A stretch of DNA of 32,000 bases, from positions 240,001 to 272,000 of the forward strand of contig NZ_CP010341.1 of NCBI RefSeq assembly GCF_000940845.1. The letters run 5' to 3'. The notes under the pieces were generated by a model, which worked only from the letters and a program-made list of their open reading frames with translations, had not been told where the DNA came from and did no database searches. A program made the translations under genes and the position numbers. Below, in pieces: positions 17,737 through 26,349 of the stretch. Each line of letters starts with the position of its first letter. Within the stretch, counting starts at the first letter, position 1. This DNA comes from Propionibacterium freudenreichii subsp. freudenreichii. GTDB taxonomy: Bacteria > Actinomycetota > Actinomycetes > Propionibacteriales > Propionibacteriaceae.

Positions 17737-18771
17737 TCAGAAGGCCACGGACAGGTGTCCGCGGGGCATCACCGACAACAGTCCGCGCACATAGCGCAGG
17801 CGTTCCTGGCTGGGCGTCCACTGCGGCATGATCGCGAAGGTGACGCCGTCGAACAGCAGGTGGTCACCGGCGCGTTCCATCGCCTCGACGGCCCGTTGCG
17901 GGGTGAGCAGCGACGAGGCCTCGCCGCTGCCGTCGGGTGCTGCGGCGGGCAGTTGCGCATCCGTCCACGGGGCGCCGTACGACGAGGCCCTGTCGGAGGC
18001 GCCCGACAGGATCACGCCGGCGAGCAGGCCGTGGCGGCGCAGCCGGTCGATCTGGGTGAGCGGGCCGCCGGCGTTGCGGGTGTCGATCGCGGAGCGTCCC
18101 CAGTTGATCGACATCATCACCGGGGTGCGTGGCGACAGGGCCCGCACTGTCTCGACGGCGTCGATCTCCTCGTCGAGGGTCAGGAAGCCCTTCGACGCGC
18201 CGCCCGAGCTGCGTGCGGCATCGCAGTGCTCCACCACCAATGCGGTCTCGCCCCAGTCCCAGTCGGCGGCCTGGGCCAACGATGCCGCGAACTCCTGGCT
18301 GGTTCCGTCGACATTGTCGCGGTGGGTGGGACTGGAGTGCACTTCGAGCGCCAGCACGTGCTGGCCCCGCTCGGTCATCCGGGCGATGCTGTGGCGCGCC
18401 TGCTGCAGCAGGTCGAGCGCGCGGTTGCGTCCGGCCGGGTCGGTGGAGGCCAGGCCGAAGGCGGGGTCGTCGGCGGCCGCCTCGTCGCAGGCACCCATCA
18501 GGGTGGCGATATTGCGCGCGCCGGGTGGGAGCACGTCCATGAGCCACTTCGCGTCGTCGCGGGCCATGGTGGTGCACAGGGGAATCTCCAGGCCGGTGAC
18601 ACCCGGCAGCTGCAGCACCGCGTGCGCATAGGCGGGGCGTTTCACCTGTTCCAGGGGCTGGCTGAGATAGGCCCCCACCACGCGCGCCTTGGCAGGCGCA
18701 GCCGATGGACGCCGGTCGCCGGTGCCGGCACCGGTCAGGATTCTTGGAATGATCTGCTCGTAATCGGGCAT
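17737..18771 (-). CDS. Conserved hypothetical protein (possibly TIM-barrel enzyme-like; function unknown)
   Basis: 344 aa with GC3-rich codon usage. ATG 18771 is preceded by GAGGGAGG with an 8-nt spacer. I recognise no diagnostic catalytic motif. Alternating hydrophobic strands and helices (LALEVHSSP, ALVVEHCDA, VMMSINWG, GVILSGAS) suggest an alpha/beta barrel. This is weak inference. Confidence 0.6.
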   Translation of the reverse strand: MPDYEQIIPRILTGAGTGDRRPSAAPAKARVVGAYLSQPLEQVKRPAYAHAVLQLPGVTGLEIPLCTTMARDDAKWLMDVLPPGARNIATLMGACDEAAADDPAFGLASTDPAGRNRALDLLQQARHSIARMTERGQHVLALEVHSSPTHRDNVDGTSQEFAASLAQAADWDWGETALVVEHCDAARSSGGASKGFLTLDEEIDAVETVRALSPRTPVMMSINWGRSAIDTRNAGGPLTQIDRLRRHGLLAGVILSGASDRASSYGAPWTDAQLPAAAPDGSGEASSLLTPQRAVEAMERAGDHLLFDGVTFAIMPQWTPSQERLRYVRGLLSVMPRGHLSVAF

Positions 18772-18860
18772 CGCCAGTACCTCCCTCGGGTCTGGGCCTC
18801 ATCGTGGTCCCAGCTACGTCGCCGGAGTGGGGTGGGATGGGGGTATTCCCGAACCAACTT

Positions 18861-18896
18861 GCTTTATCACATGTTACACGCAAATTTGCATAAAGC
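18861..18896 (-). promoter_or_regulatory. AT-rich candidate promoter/operator of the hypothetical gene
   Basis: The minus strand reads ATGCAA-N17-(TGT)GATAAA, an extended -10-like element (tttatcaca on plus, 18863-18871). Inverted repeat GCTTTAT (18861-18867) / ATAAAGC (18890-18896). A 10-bp palindrome GCAAATTTGC (18880-18889) lies between them. Confidence 0.3.
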
Positions 18897-18971
18897 TGTT
18901 GCGAGGTATGAGAATAATTCCACGATCGGGGCCGGGGAAGGCGGGGCGGAACAGAAGACGGGCATCAAAGA

Positions 18972-18987
18972 AATTGATCGATCAATT
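18972..18987. promoter_or_regulatory. Perfect 16-bp palindrome AATTGATCGATCAATT (candidate regulator binding site)
   Basis: Self-complementary over 16 bp. It sits in the AT-rich island about 200 nt upstream of ATG 18771. A further 10-bp palindrome CGTCATGACG lies at 18996-19005. Confidence 0.35.
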
Positions 18988-19086
18988 GTTTGTCACGTCA
19001 TGACGGGTGAGCGTCTGCCGGCAGGAGGGGCGATCTACTTCCCCGGGTCGGCGGCGTGACCTATTTCCCCACGCCGGAGGCGTGAC

Positions 19087-19374
19087 CTACTTCCACAGCG
19101 TGGCGACGAAGAAGCTGCCTGCGATCAGGCCGAGCCCGATGACGAAGTTCCAGTTGCTCAGGGCGTACATCAGCGGGATCTGCTGACCGCCGATGTAGTA
19201 GACCACCAGCCAGATCACTCCGAGCAGGCCCATCGGCACGAAGACCCACGGCACCCAGGCGCGGCTGGAGACGTTGACGGCCTCGCGGTTCTTGGCGCTC
19301 TTGGTGGCGGCTGCCTGCTTGTTCTTGGCGGCCTTCTTCTGCTGGGCCTTCTTGCGGGACTGTGACTCCGGCAC
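19087..19374 (-). CDS. crgA: Cell division protein CrgA
   Basis: 95 aa. Lys-rich N-terminus MPESQSRKKAQQKKAAKNKQ, then two TM helices (WVPWVFVPMGLLGVIWLVVYY and NWNFVIGLGLIAGSFFVATLW). The context crgA / DUF881 / trpG matches the mycobacterial Rv0011c-Rv0013 arrangement. Confidence 0.9.
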   Translation of the reverse strand: MPESQSRKKAQQKKAAKNKQAAATKSAKNREAVNVSSRAWVPWVFVPMGLLGVIWLVVYYIGGQQIPLMYALSNWNFVIGLGLIAGSFFVATLWK

Positions 19375-19537
19375 TGTGTTGCTGCTCCTTGGGGTTCCCA
19401 GCGAGGCCTCGCGGCCCGCCTGGCGTTGCCGATGGCATCGATGTGCTCGTGTGCTGAGCGTGCGCGCCCAGATGGGCGGATACCGTCACCCGGTAGCCTA
19501 GTGGACGCCGGGCTTTCCGGCTTACTGGCGACGTCTG

Positions 19538-20287
19538 GTGCACAGGGGATTCATGGCTGACAAGAAGCCGGGGCGTGGACGGAAAATCACCCGCAGGATG
19601 GCCACCGTGCTGGTCGGCGCCCTGGCCGGGCTGCTGTTCGTGGCCGCGGCCACCACCTCGCACGGATCTGACCTGCGGCCCACCCGCCAGCAGGACATGG
19701 CCGATCTGGTGGCCGCCCAGGCCGCCCACAATTCACGGGCGAGGTCAACCGCCTCGGCCCTGCAGTCCCAGGTCAACGAGCTGTCCAACCATGACGCCGA
19801 GGCGGCGGGGGTGGCGTCGGCCTCGATGGCCTCGGCGGAGGCTGCGGCCGGACTGACGGCGGTGCGTGGGCCGGTGGTGCAGGTGACGCTCACCGATGCC
19901 CCGCTCGACGAGAACCCGGCCGGGGTCGATCCCGACATGTTGGTGGTGCACCAACAGGACATCCAGCAGGTGGTGGATGCCTTGTGGGCCGGCGGTGCCG
20001 AGGCCATGACCATCCAGGGCATCCGGGTGATCTCGACCACCGGCGTGAAATGCGTCGGCAATACCGTGATCCTCAATGGCGTGCCCTATTCGCCGCCCTA
20101 TGTGGTGGCTGCGATCGGTGACCAGCAGGCGCTTGAGCAGTCGCTGGCGGCGTCGCGCAATGTGCAGATCTACAAGCAGTACGTGCTCGCCTACCGGTTG
20201 GGATACGACCAGAAGCGCATCGCCGACGTGACCATGCCCGGCTATGCCGGTTCGGTGCAGCTGAACCAGGCCACCCCGGTGCGCTAG
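19538..20287 (+). CDS. DUF881 domain-containing membrane protein (cell-division/cell-wall cluster)
   Basis: 249 aa (244 if ATG 19553 is used). N-terminal TM MATVLVGALAGLLFVAAA. Coiled region. DUF881-like core VRGPVVQVTLTD...QQDIQQVVDALWAGGAEAMTIQGIRVISTTGVKCVGNTVILNGVPYSPPYVVAAIGD. The start codon is uncertain. Confidence 0.8.
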   Translation: MHRGFMADKKPGRGRKITRRMATVLVGALAGLLFVAAATTSHGSDLRPTRQQDMADLVAAQAAHNSRARSTASALQSQVNELSNHDAEAAGVASASMASAEAAAGLTAVRGPVVQVTLTDAPLDENPAGVDPDMLVVHQQDIQQVVDALWAGGAEAMTIQGIRVISTTGVKCVGNTVILNGVPYSPPYVVAAIGDQQALEQSLAASRNVQIYKQYVLAYRLGYDQKRIADVTMPGYAGSVQLNQATPVR

Positions 20288-20382
20288 GGCTCCCGGCGGG
20301 TTGCGCAGGGGGAGGAGCCACGCGCCGGACCACCGCATGGAGGCCGCCGAGCGGGCGTCGCGGCGCGGGTAGCCTGTTCGCC

Positions 20383-21027
20383 ATGGCGCGGATTCTTGTC
20401 ATCGACAACTACGACTCGTTCGTCTACAACCTGGTGCAGTACCTTGCCCAGCTGGGCGCCCGCGTCGAGGTCTGGCGCAACGACGATGCGCGCTTCGCCA
20501 CCCCGGGGTGGGCGAACGGCTTCGATGGCATCCTGCTGTCTCCCGGCCCCGGCACTCCCGAGGACGCCGGCGTCTGCGTCGAGGTGGCACGCACGTTGGG
20601 CGAGCAGATGCCCGTGTTCGGGGTGTGCCTTGGCCTGCAGGCGATGGCGGTGGCCTTTGGCGGACGCGTGGTGCGCGCTCCCGAGCCGCGCCACGGCAAG
20701 ATGAGCATGATCTCCCACGACGGGCAGGGCGTGTTCGACGGGCTGCCTGATCCGTTGGAGGTCACCCGCTACCACTCGCTGGCCGTCGAGCCCGGATCAG
20801 TGCCCGATGTGCTCGACGTGACCGCCACTTCGCTCGACGACCAGGTGATCATGGCGCTGCGGCATCGCGAGTTGCCCGTGGAGTCGGTGCAGTTCCATCC
20901 GGAATCGGTGATGACCAGCAATGGCTACCAGCTGCTGGCGAATTGGCTGGCGGCATGCGGCGACCTGGGGGCTCCTGAGCGTGCCCAGGGCCTGAGCCCG
21001 TTGATGACGGCGGTTGCCGGACAGTAG
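20383..21027 (+). CDS. trpG: Aminodeoxychorismate/anthranilate synthase component II (glutamine amidotransferase)
   Basis: 214 aa. MARILVIDNYDSFVYNLVQYL. Catalytic Cys in FGVCLGLQ. His/Glu in VQFHPES. Confidence 0.9.
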   Translation: MARILVIDNYDSFVYNLVQYLAQLGARVEVWRNDDARFATPGWANGFDGILLSPGPGTPEDAGVCVEVARTLGEQMPVFGVCLGLQAMAVAFGGRVVRAPEPRHGKMSMISHDGQGVFDGLPDPLEVTRYHSLAVEPGSVPDVLDVTATSLDDQVIMALRHRELPVESVQFHPESVMTSNGYQLLANWLAACGDLGAPERAQGLSPLMTAVAGQ

Positions 21028-21069
21028 GCGGACGCCGGCACCGATGTCGCGCGCCGGCTCGGCCCGGGA

Positions 21070-21924
21070 TCACAGGATGTCGAGCGGCATCTTGTGGCGG
21101 GGCGGCGGGAACGCCTGATCGAGCAGCGTCAGGTCGTCGTCGGTCAGCGTGAGGTTGGCGGCGGCGATGTTGTCGCGCATGTGATCCTCGTTCGAGGTCT
21201 GCGGGATCGCCAGGGTGTGGCCGTTGCGGATCACCCAGGCCAGTAGCACCTGCGACGGCGTCACCCCATGGGTCTCGGCTACCTTGTTCACGGCCGGGCT
21301 CGCGCGCATCTCCTGCGCGCCGCGTTCGCCGCCGGAGGCTCCCAGCGGGCTGTAGGCGATCAGTGGGATGTCCAGCGAGCGCTGCCAGCCGATCAGCTCG
21401 AACTCGATGCCCCGGCTCGACAGGTTGTACAGGTCTTCGTTGGCAGCCACATGGTTGCCATGGGGCAGGGCGGCCAGCTCCTCCATGTCGGCAAGGTCGA
21501 AGTTGGACACGCCCCACGACTTGATCTTGCCGCTGTGCCACAGCCGCTGCATTTCCTCGACGGTCTGTTCCAGCGGCACCTCGCCGCGCCAGTGCAACAG
21601 GTACAGGTCGGCGTAGTCGGTGCCCAGGCGGGCCAGGCTCGCGTCCAGGCTGTGTTCCATCTGCTTGCGGGACGCGTTGTTCGGCAGCACCTTGGTGATG
21701 ATGAACAGCTCGGAGCGGTCAAGGCCCTTGATGGCCGTGCCCACCATTGATTCAGAGGCTCCCGAGCCGTACATCTCGGCGGTGTCGATCACCCGCGCGC
21801 CAGCGTCGATGCCGGCGCGCAGGGCGTCGCATTCGGCGTCGAAGCGCGCCGGGCTGCCACCCATGTGCCAGGTGCCGATGCCGATGGCCGGCACGGATAC
21901 GCCAGAAATCTGCAGATGCCTCAT
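21070..21924 (-). CDS. Aldo/keto reductase
   Basis: 284 aa from ATG 21924 (GGAG with a 6-nt spacer). The track start 21963 adds 13 aa. AKR motifs GIGTWHMGG, IDTAEMYG, FIITKV, LYLLHW, IAYSPLG. Confidence 0.85.
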   Translation of the reverse strand: MRHLQISGVSVPAIGIGTWHMGGSPARFDAECDALRAGIDAGARVIDTAEMYGSGASESMVGTAIKGLDRSELFIITKVLPNNASRKQMEHSLDASLARLGTDYADLYLLHWRGEVPLEQTVEEMQRLWHSGKIKSWGVSNFDLADMEELAALPHGNHVAANEDLYNLSSRGIEFELIGWQRSLDIPLIAYSPLGASGGERGAQEMRASPAVNKVAETHGVTPSQVLLAWVIRNGHTLAIPQTSNEDHMRDNIAAANLTLTDDDLTLLDQAFPPPRHKMPLDIL

Positions 21925-21982
21925 CGTGTGCTCCATCTCGTTGGCTGACTCCATTGTGCACATGGGGCGTGCGAAGCCGGCA

Positions 21983-22030
21983 CTGAGTGGATGGTTTCGA
22001 TGCGTCTATTCACCACGACCATCCACTCAG
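21983..22030 (-). terminator. 13-bp perfect-stem hairpin 22 nt downstream of the PEPCK stop
   Basis: CTGAGTGGATGGT (21983-21995) / ACCATCCACTCAG (22018-22030) with a 22-nt loop. It lies in the 128-nt gap between the PEPCK stop and the AKR start. Confidence 0.4.
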
Positions 22031-22052
22031 CGGTGGAGGGGCAAGCGGCCGA

Positions 22053-25000
22053 TCAGACGAACCTGGGCTGACGTCCCAGCGTGCCCACCAGCGACTGGCG
22101 GTATTCCGGCGAGCGTTCGTAGGTCAACTGCGCCTCCAGCTCACGCAGGCGATCGGCCAGGTGCAGGCGTCCGGTCACCGAACCCGAATCGGAGCGCCCG
22201 ATGTACTCCTTGAGGCGCTCGACGCCCTCCTCGGCCTGCTTCACGTCCTCGGCCTGCTTGGCGTCGAGGCGCTGCGCATACCAATCCGACGCCAGCACCG
22301 ACTCGCGCTCGAACAGCTTGCGGAACTCCGGGCTGTCCAGCGTCCAACCCTCGGCCGACGCGCCGTGCGCCATGATCTCCAGCAGCGCCCGGATCGGCGG
22401 GCAGGCCAGCGACACGGTGCCGTCGTCGAAGTACATTTGTGCCACCCGCTGGTGCGTCTTGACGATCACATCGATCGAATCGGCGAAGATCTTCTCGTCC
22501 TGGAGCTCAGGGCGCAACATTTCCTCGCTGAACACCACATCGGGGTGCAGGAAGATGCGTCCGAAGTAGTGGGTGACGAAGCGATCATTGATGCGGTAGC
22601 CGAGCCGACTCGCCAGCACGCGGTGCCCGTCGAAGTCGAAGTCCTGCATCTTCTCCAGGTAGCCCTCGGAGATCAACCGCTTCGTATTGCGATCGTTGGG
22701 CCCCATGTGCGAGAACAGTTCGGGAATCAGCATCGAGATGTCGTGGTCAACCCGGGCATTCGGTCCGATATAGCCCGCCGAGCTGAGCCAGCCGTCATAG
22801 TCGGTGAGCGCATAGCTCAGCAGAGCCGCATTCAGGTCGTAGACGGCAGGTAGTGCGTTGAATGGGCCCTTGGTGAGCGCGCCCTCCGAGCCGGCACCCG
22901 TGGTGGACGGCGACTTGCCGGTCATCGAGCTGATGTACTCCATGAACAGCTCGGGCAGCTCCATGTAGTGCAGCGGGTTGTAGGCGCACAGCGCCGGAAC
23001 CTTGTCCTCCGGCGGATTGTTGCGCCGGCCCGCGGCGACCACGTCGATCGGCTGCGGCGCATGGCCTGCCAGTGGGAGCTTGCGTGCCAGCTTGCCGGCC
23101 ACATCGGCCACCGTGGTCAGCTCCGGGTTGGAGTCGGTGGGACGCACCTGCAGGTAGCGCGGGTTCTTCGACCGGCCGCCGTCGGGCAGGTGGCGCGGAT
23201 CATCGGAGCACACCCAGAACTCGGGCGACTGGTCGTCGGGCATCGCGGCAACCCGCTCGATGAGCTTGCGCACCGGCTTGGTGAACTCGCTGTAGGCCTG
23301 CACATCGGTCAGCAGGTCGCGTGCCTGCTCATGGGTGAGCGGCTCGAAGTTCGAGATGAAGGTGTCGGTGCCGCTGGCCAGGTCGAACTCGGCCTGCTTG
23401 TCGTAGCCGCGGTGGATCGCATCGTCAGGACGCTGGAACAGCAGGTGCTCGCAGTTGGTCACGTACTTGCGCGGCAGGCCCTCGGCGTCCTCCCACGGCG
23501 GGGTCACCGTGCTGGCGGTGATGTCGTCCTCGGTCTGCACCTTCACGGCCGGGCTGTAATCGGGGCGCAGCGTGAACAGGCGCCACGAGCCGTCCTCACG
23601 GAAACCCACCCGCAACATATTGGTGATGATCTTCTTGCCGTCCAGGCGCACCATGTTCCCGTGCCGGCCATTCATGATGCCCACGGTGAAATGGCTGCGC
23701 CAGTCCTCACCCCATTCGGGCAGGTAATAGCGCTTGACGGTGAACGCCAATTCCTTCACATCGGGCTCAATGCCCTCGAGGAAGGCGTTGTATTCGTCGT
23801 TGTACTGGATTGACGGGGTGAGCAGCTTGATCACCGAACCCAGCGAGCGGTCAATCGACAGCACCGGACGATGATCGGTGCCGTTGCGGGACGCGTCGGC
23901 AAAGCGATTGGTGAAATCGGTGTCGAAGAGTGCCTGCACCTGGTCCATGGCGCTGTCGATATCGTGCGAGAAGGCATTGCCGAACACGAAGGCGTCACTG
24001 ATCGACTTGCTGATCTCGCTCTTGCCGCCACCCGACACCGTGGCCGGCTTGTGGCAGGTGACCGCCCGCGACGAGGTGCCGATCAGGTGCCACTGGGTGG
24101 CATCCATCTCACGGTGCTTGGCATGGATGCGATAGCCGTCAGGCGACAGATAGTGCTTGCCGGCCAGCAACTTGATGGTCTGCTCGGCGCCATGGGCGGT
24201 CCAGCTGATCGTCTGGGTGCGCATCGAATAATGCGAATGCTCCGGAATGAACACGATATTGGGTTCGGGCTTGTAGACGGCATATCCCTCGGGGCGCACG
24301 TCCAGCAGCTCGCGATTGGTGGAGATCACATCGGCCAGCGTGAAGTCGTCGGGCGTGCGGTCAGTGAAGTCCTGGTTCAGGTTCCATGCCGGATACACCT
24401 CGGCGCCGCCGGAGTGCTCCTCCTCGGCACCGCCCAACAGGTTGGCCGAATAGCTGATCTGGGTCTTCACCTCCTTCTTGCAATAGCCGAAGTAGTTGTC
24501 GGCGATCACGGTGACGATCACGCCGCGCTCATCGCGGGCACACACCTTGAAGGCCTTGCCGTCGTTGTAGAGGTCGTCCTCGTGGCGCCAGCACTGGCCA
24601 TCGCGACGCTGGCGCTCGGTGGCGTCGTCGTAGTGCGGCATGCCCAGGCTCTTCTTGGTCATCGTGGTGAGATGCGGGGCCAGGATCACGCAGCCGGTGT
24701 GGCCGGTCCAGCTGTCCGGGTCGAGCGAGGCGTCGTTCTCGGGCAGGTAGGGGTCGCCGGCATTGCCGAAGATGCCCTCCACGAAGTCCAGGTTGCACAT
24801 CAGGCCACCGGGCACGATGAAGTGCACCTCGTAGCTCTTCTCGGTGGTGCGCCCGGGCACGGCCGGCAACACCGTGGGGCGCATGAGCAGCGACGCCCAA
24901 CAGTGCGCCTGCTCGGGCAGGTTGGCGGTGTAGGGCAGCGCCAGCTCCTCGTCGGGGGCTTGGAAGGCGCGCGCCAGGATGCGGGCGTAGACGTTCTTGT

Positions 25001-25448
25001 CCACCTCCACCTTGTCCTGGGGGATGGGCAGGCCGCCGGTGGAGATGTGGAACACCCCGGCGGTGGTGCGCCGGTCATGCTTGGGGTTGTGCAATACGCC
25101 GTTGACAAGGCGATATGACGCCACGATGTCGGAATGGAATTCGTCGCCGTCCACCGGCAGCGACAGGCCGCGGGCCAGGCCCGGCTCGTCGAGCACCAAG
25201 GTGGTGCGTGGCAGCTGGGGGTGCTCATCGCAGTCGGCCAGGTAGTCGTCGAGGAAGCGCTGGATGCGCAGGTCGGGGGCACTGAGCCGATCCTTCAACC
25301 GCCGACTCAACTCGCGCTGGCGGGCCAGCAGCGGCTCCACAAGGATCGCATCGGGGCTCTCAGCATTGCTGTCGGGATGGGGCAGGCCCAGCAACGAAAG
25401 CCTCAGGTTGATGGCTGCGTTGATCTGGCGGCGTTCGACTACGGACAT
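22053..25448 (-). CDS. PPi-dependent phosphoenolpyruvate carboxykinase (PEP carboxytransphosphorylase)-like protein
   Basis: 1131 aa from ATG 25448 (the track TTG 25496 adds 16 aa). The size and sequence (e.g. ...VIADNYFGYCKKEVKTQISYSANLLGGAEEEHSGG...) match my recollection of the roughly 130-kDa PPi-PEPCK family of Propionibacterium, Actinomyces and Entamoeba. This is not verified by search. Confidence 0.6.
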   Translation of the reverse strand: MSVVERRQINAAINLRLSLLGLPHPDSNAESPDAILVEPLLARQRELSRRLKDRLSAPDLRIQRFLDDYLADCDEHPQLPRTTLVLDEPGLARGLSLPVDGDEFHSDIVASYRLVNGVLHNPKHDRRTTAGVFHISTGGLPIPQDKVEVDKNVYARILARAFQAPDEELALPYTANLPEQAHCWASLLMRPTVLPAVPGRTTEKSYEVHFIVPGGLMCNLDFVEGIFGNAGDPYLPENDASLDPDSWTGHTGCVILAPHLTTMTKKSLGMPHYDDATERQRRDGQCWRHEDDLYNDGKAFKVCARDERGVIVTVIADNYFGYCKKEVKTQISYSANLLGGAEEEHSGGAEVYPAWNLNQDFTDRTPDDFTLADVISTNRELLDVRPEGYAVYKPEPNIVFIPEHSHYSMRTQTISWTAHGAEQTIKLLAGKHYLSPDGYRIHAKHREMDATQWHLIGTSSRAVTCHKPATVSGGGKSEISKSISDAFVFGNAFSHDIDSAMDQVQALFDTDFTNRFADASRNGTDHRPVLSIDRSLGSVIKLLTPSIQYNDEYNAFLEGIEPDVKELAFTVKRYYLPEWGEDWRSHFTVGIMNGRHGNMVRLDGKKIITNMLRVGFREDGSWRLFTLRPDYSPAVKVQTEDDITASTVTPPWEDAEGLPRKYVTNCEHLLFQRPDDAIHRGYDKQAEFDLASGTDTFISNFEPLTHEQARDLLTDVQAYSEFTKPVRKLIERVAAMPDDQSPEFWVCSDDPRHLPDGGRSKNPRYLQVRPTDSNPELTTVADVAGKLARKLPLAGHAPQPIDVVAAGRRNNPPEDKVPALCAYNPLHYMELPELFMEYISSMTGKSPSTTGAGSEGALTKGPFNALPAVYDLNAALLSYALTDYDGWLSSAGYIGPNARVDHDISMLIPELFSHMGPNDRNTKRLISEGYLEKMQDFDFDGHRVLASRLGYRINDRFVTHYFGRIFLHPDVVFSEEMLRPELQDEKIFADSIDVIVKTHQRVAQMYFDDGTVSLACPPIRALLEIMAHGASAEGWTLDSPEFRKLFERESVLASDWYAQRLDAKQAEDVKQAEEGVERLKEYIGRSDSGSVTGRLHLADRLRELEAQLTYERSPEYRQSLVGTLGRQPRFV

Positions 25449-25605
25449 GGCACCATTGTGGTCTGTTTCGCGCCGGTTGTGGAGGGACCCCGGCAATTCG
25501 GAGCACGTGCGCGAGCAGCGTTACCACCTGATATTCCGTGCGCGGGGGGCCCTAGCATGGTGGCCGTCACCTCCACCCGTCCTCAACAGGTCAAGAAGGC
25601 CCGCC

Positions 25606-26346
25606 ATGACACTTCGTCGACTCATTGCCCCGGCGTTGGTTGCCCCGGCACTGGCCGCCGCCATCATTGTGGGCGGTTGCGCCGCCCAGAACCCCCGCGG
25701 CGACGCCTCCTCGTCGGGGGCGAGCGCGTCGGTGCTCACCCGCTTGGACCTGCCCGCTCCCGGCGGCACGGTGGACAAGGCCTCGTTCGTCGCCCGGTGC
25801 GCGGGCGCCCAGCAGACGATCAAGAGCTACCAGACGGTGATGACCACCAGGACGGTGACCCCGCAGGCCGGCACCCAGGAGTCGACCACCACTTTCCAGT
25901 ACGATTTCACCGACGCGGCGCGCCCGAAGGTGCGTTCCATCACGAGTACCGGCACCGAGACGATCTACATCGGCTCGGACATGTGGACGCGCGCTGCCGG
26001 TGCCGGCTGGGCCCACACCACCAACAGCGCCTCGGCGGTGGTCTCGGGCAAGGGCATGGACAACTATGTGGGCCAGGTGGCCGGCGAGATCGCCTCGGTG
26101 GTCTATGCCGGCGATGAGGACGTCAATCAGGTGAGGGCCCACCACTTCGTCTTCAAGCCCGTGGTGGCCCCCGGGTCCGCCTCGCCCAGCGTGCTGGCCC
26201 ACGACGAGACCGGCTACTGGGTCGACCAGGACTTCCGCCCGGTGCGCGTGCAGACCTCGGTGACCACCGGCGGTATCACCTCGACCACCATCATGGATTC
26301 CACCCAGTACGGGGCCAGCTTCAACATCCAGGCCCCTGCGGCCTGA
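25606..26346 (+). CDS. Putative secreted lipoprotein
   Basis: 246 aa from ATG 25606 (AAGAAGG with a 6-nt spacer). Signal peptide MTLRRLIAPALVAPALAAAIIVGG|C with a lipobox-like VGGC. The mature part is Thr/Ser-rich and mostly beta. Its stop lies only 3 nt from the convergent protease stop. Confidence 0.7.
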   Translation: MTLRRLIAPALVAPALAAAIIVGGCAAQNPRGDASSSGASASVLTRLDLPAPGGTVDKASFVARCAGAQQTIKSYQTVMTTRTVTPQAGTQESTTTFQYDFTDAARPKVRSITSTGTETIYIGSDMWTRAAGAGWAHTTNSASAVVSGKGMDNYVGQVAGEIASVVYAGDEDVNQVRAHHFVFKPVVAPGSASPSVLAHDETGYWVDQDFRPVRVQTSVTTGGITSTTIMDSTQYGASFNIQAPAA

Positions 26347-26349
26347 CGC

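Noticed and set aside
18772-19537. oriC / DnaA-box cluster near crgA, since the crgA region is origin-proximal in many Actinobacteria
   Set aside because: I found no cluster of TTGTCCACA-like boxes on either strand. The AT-rich segment is short and dominated by unrelated palindromes.
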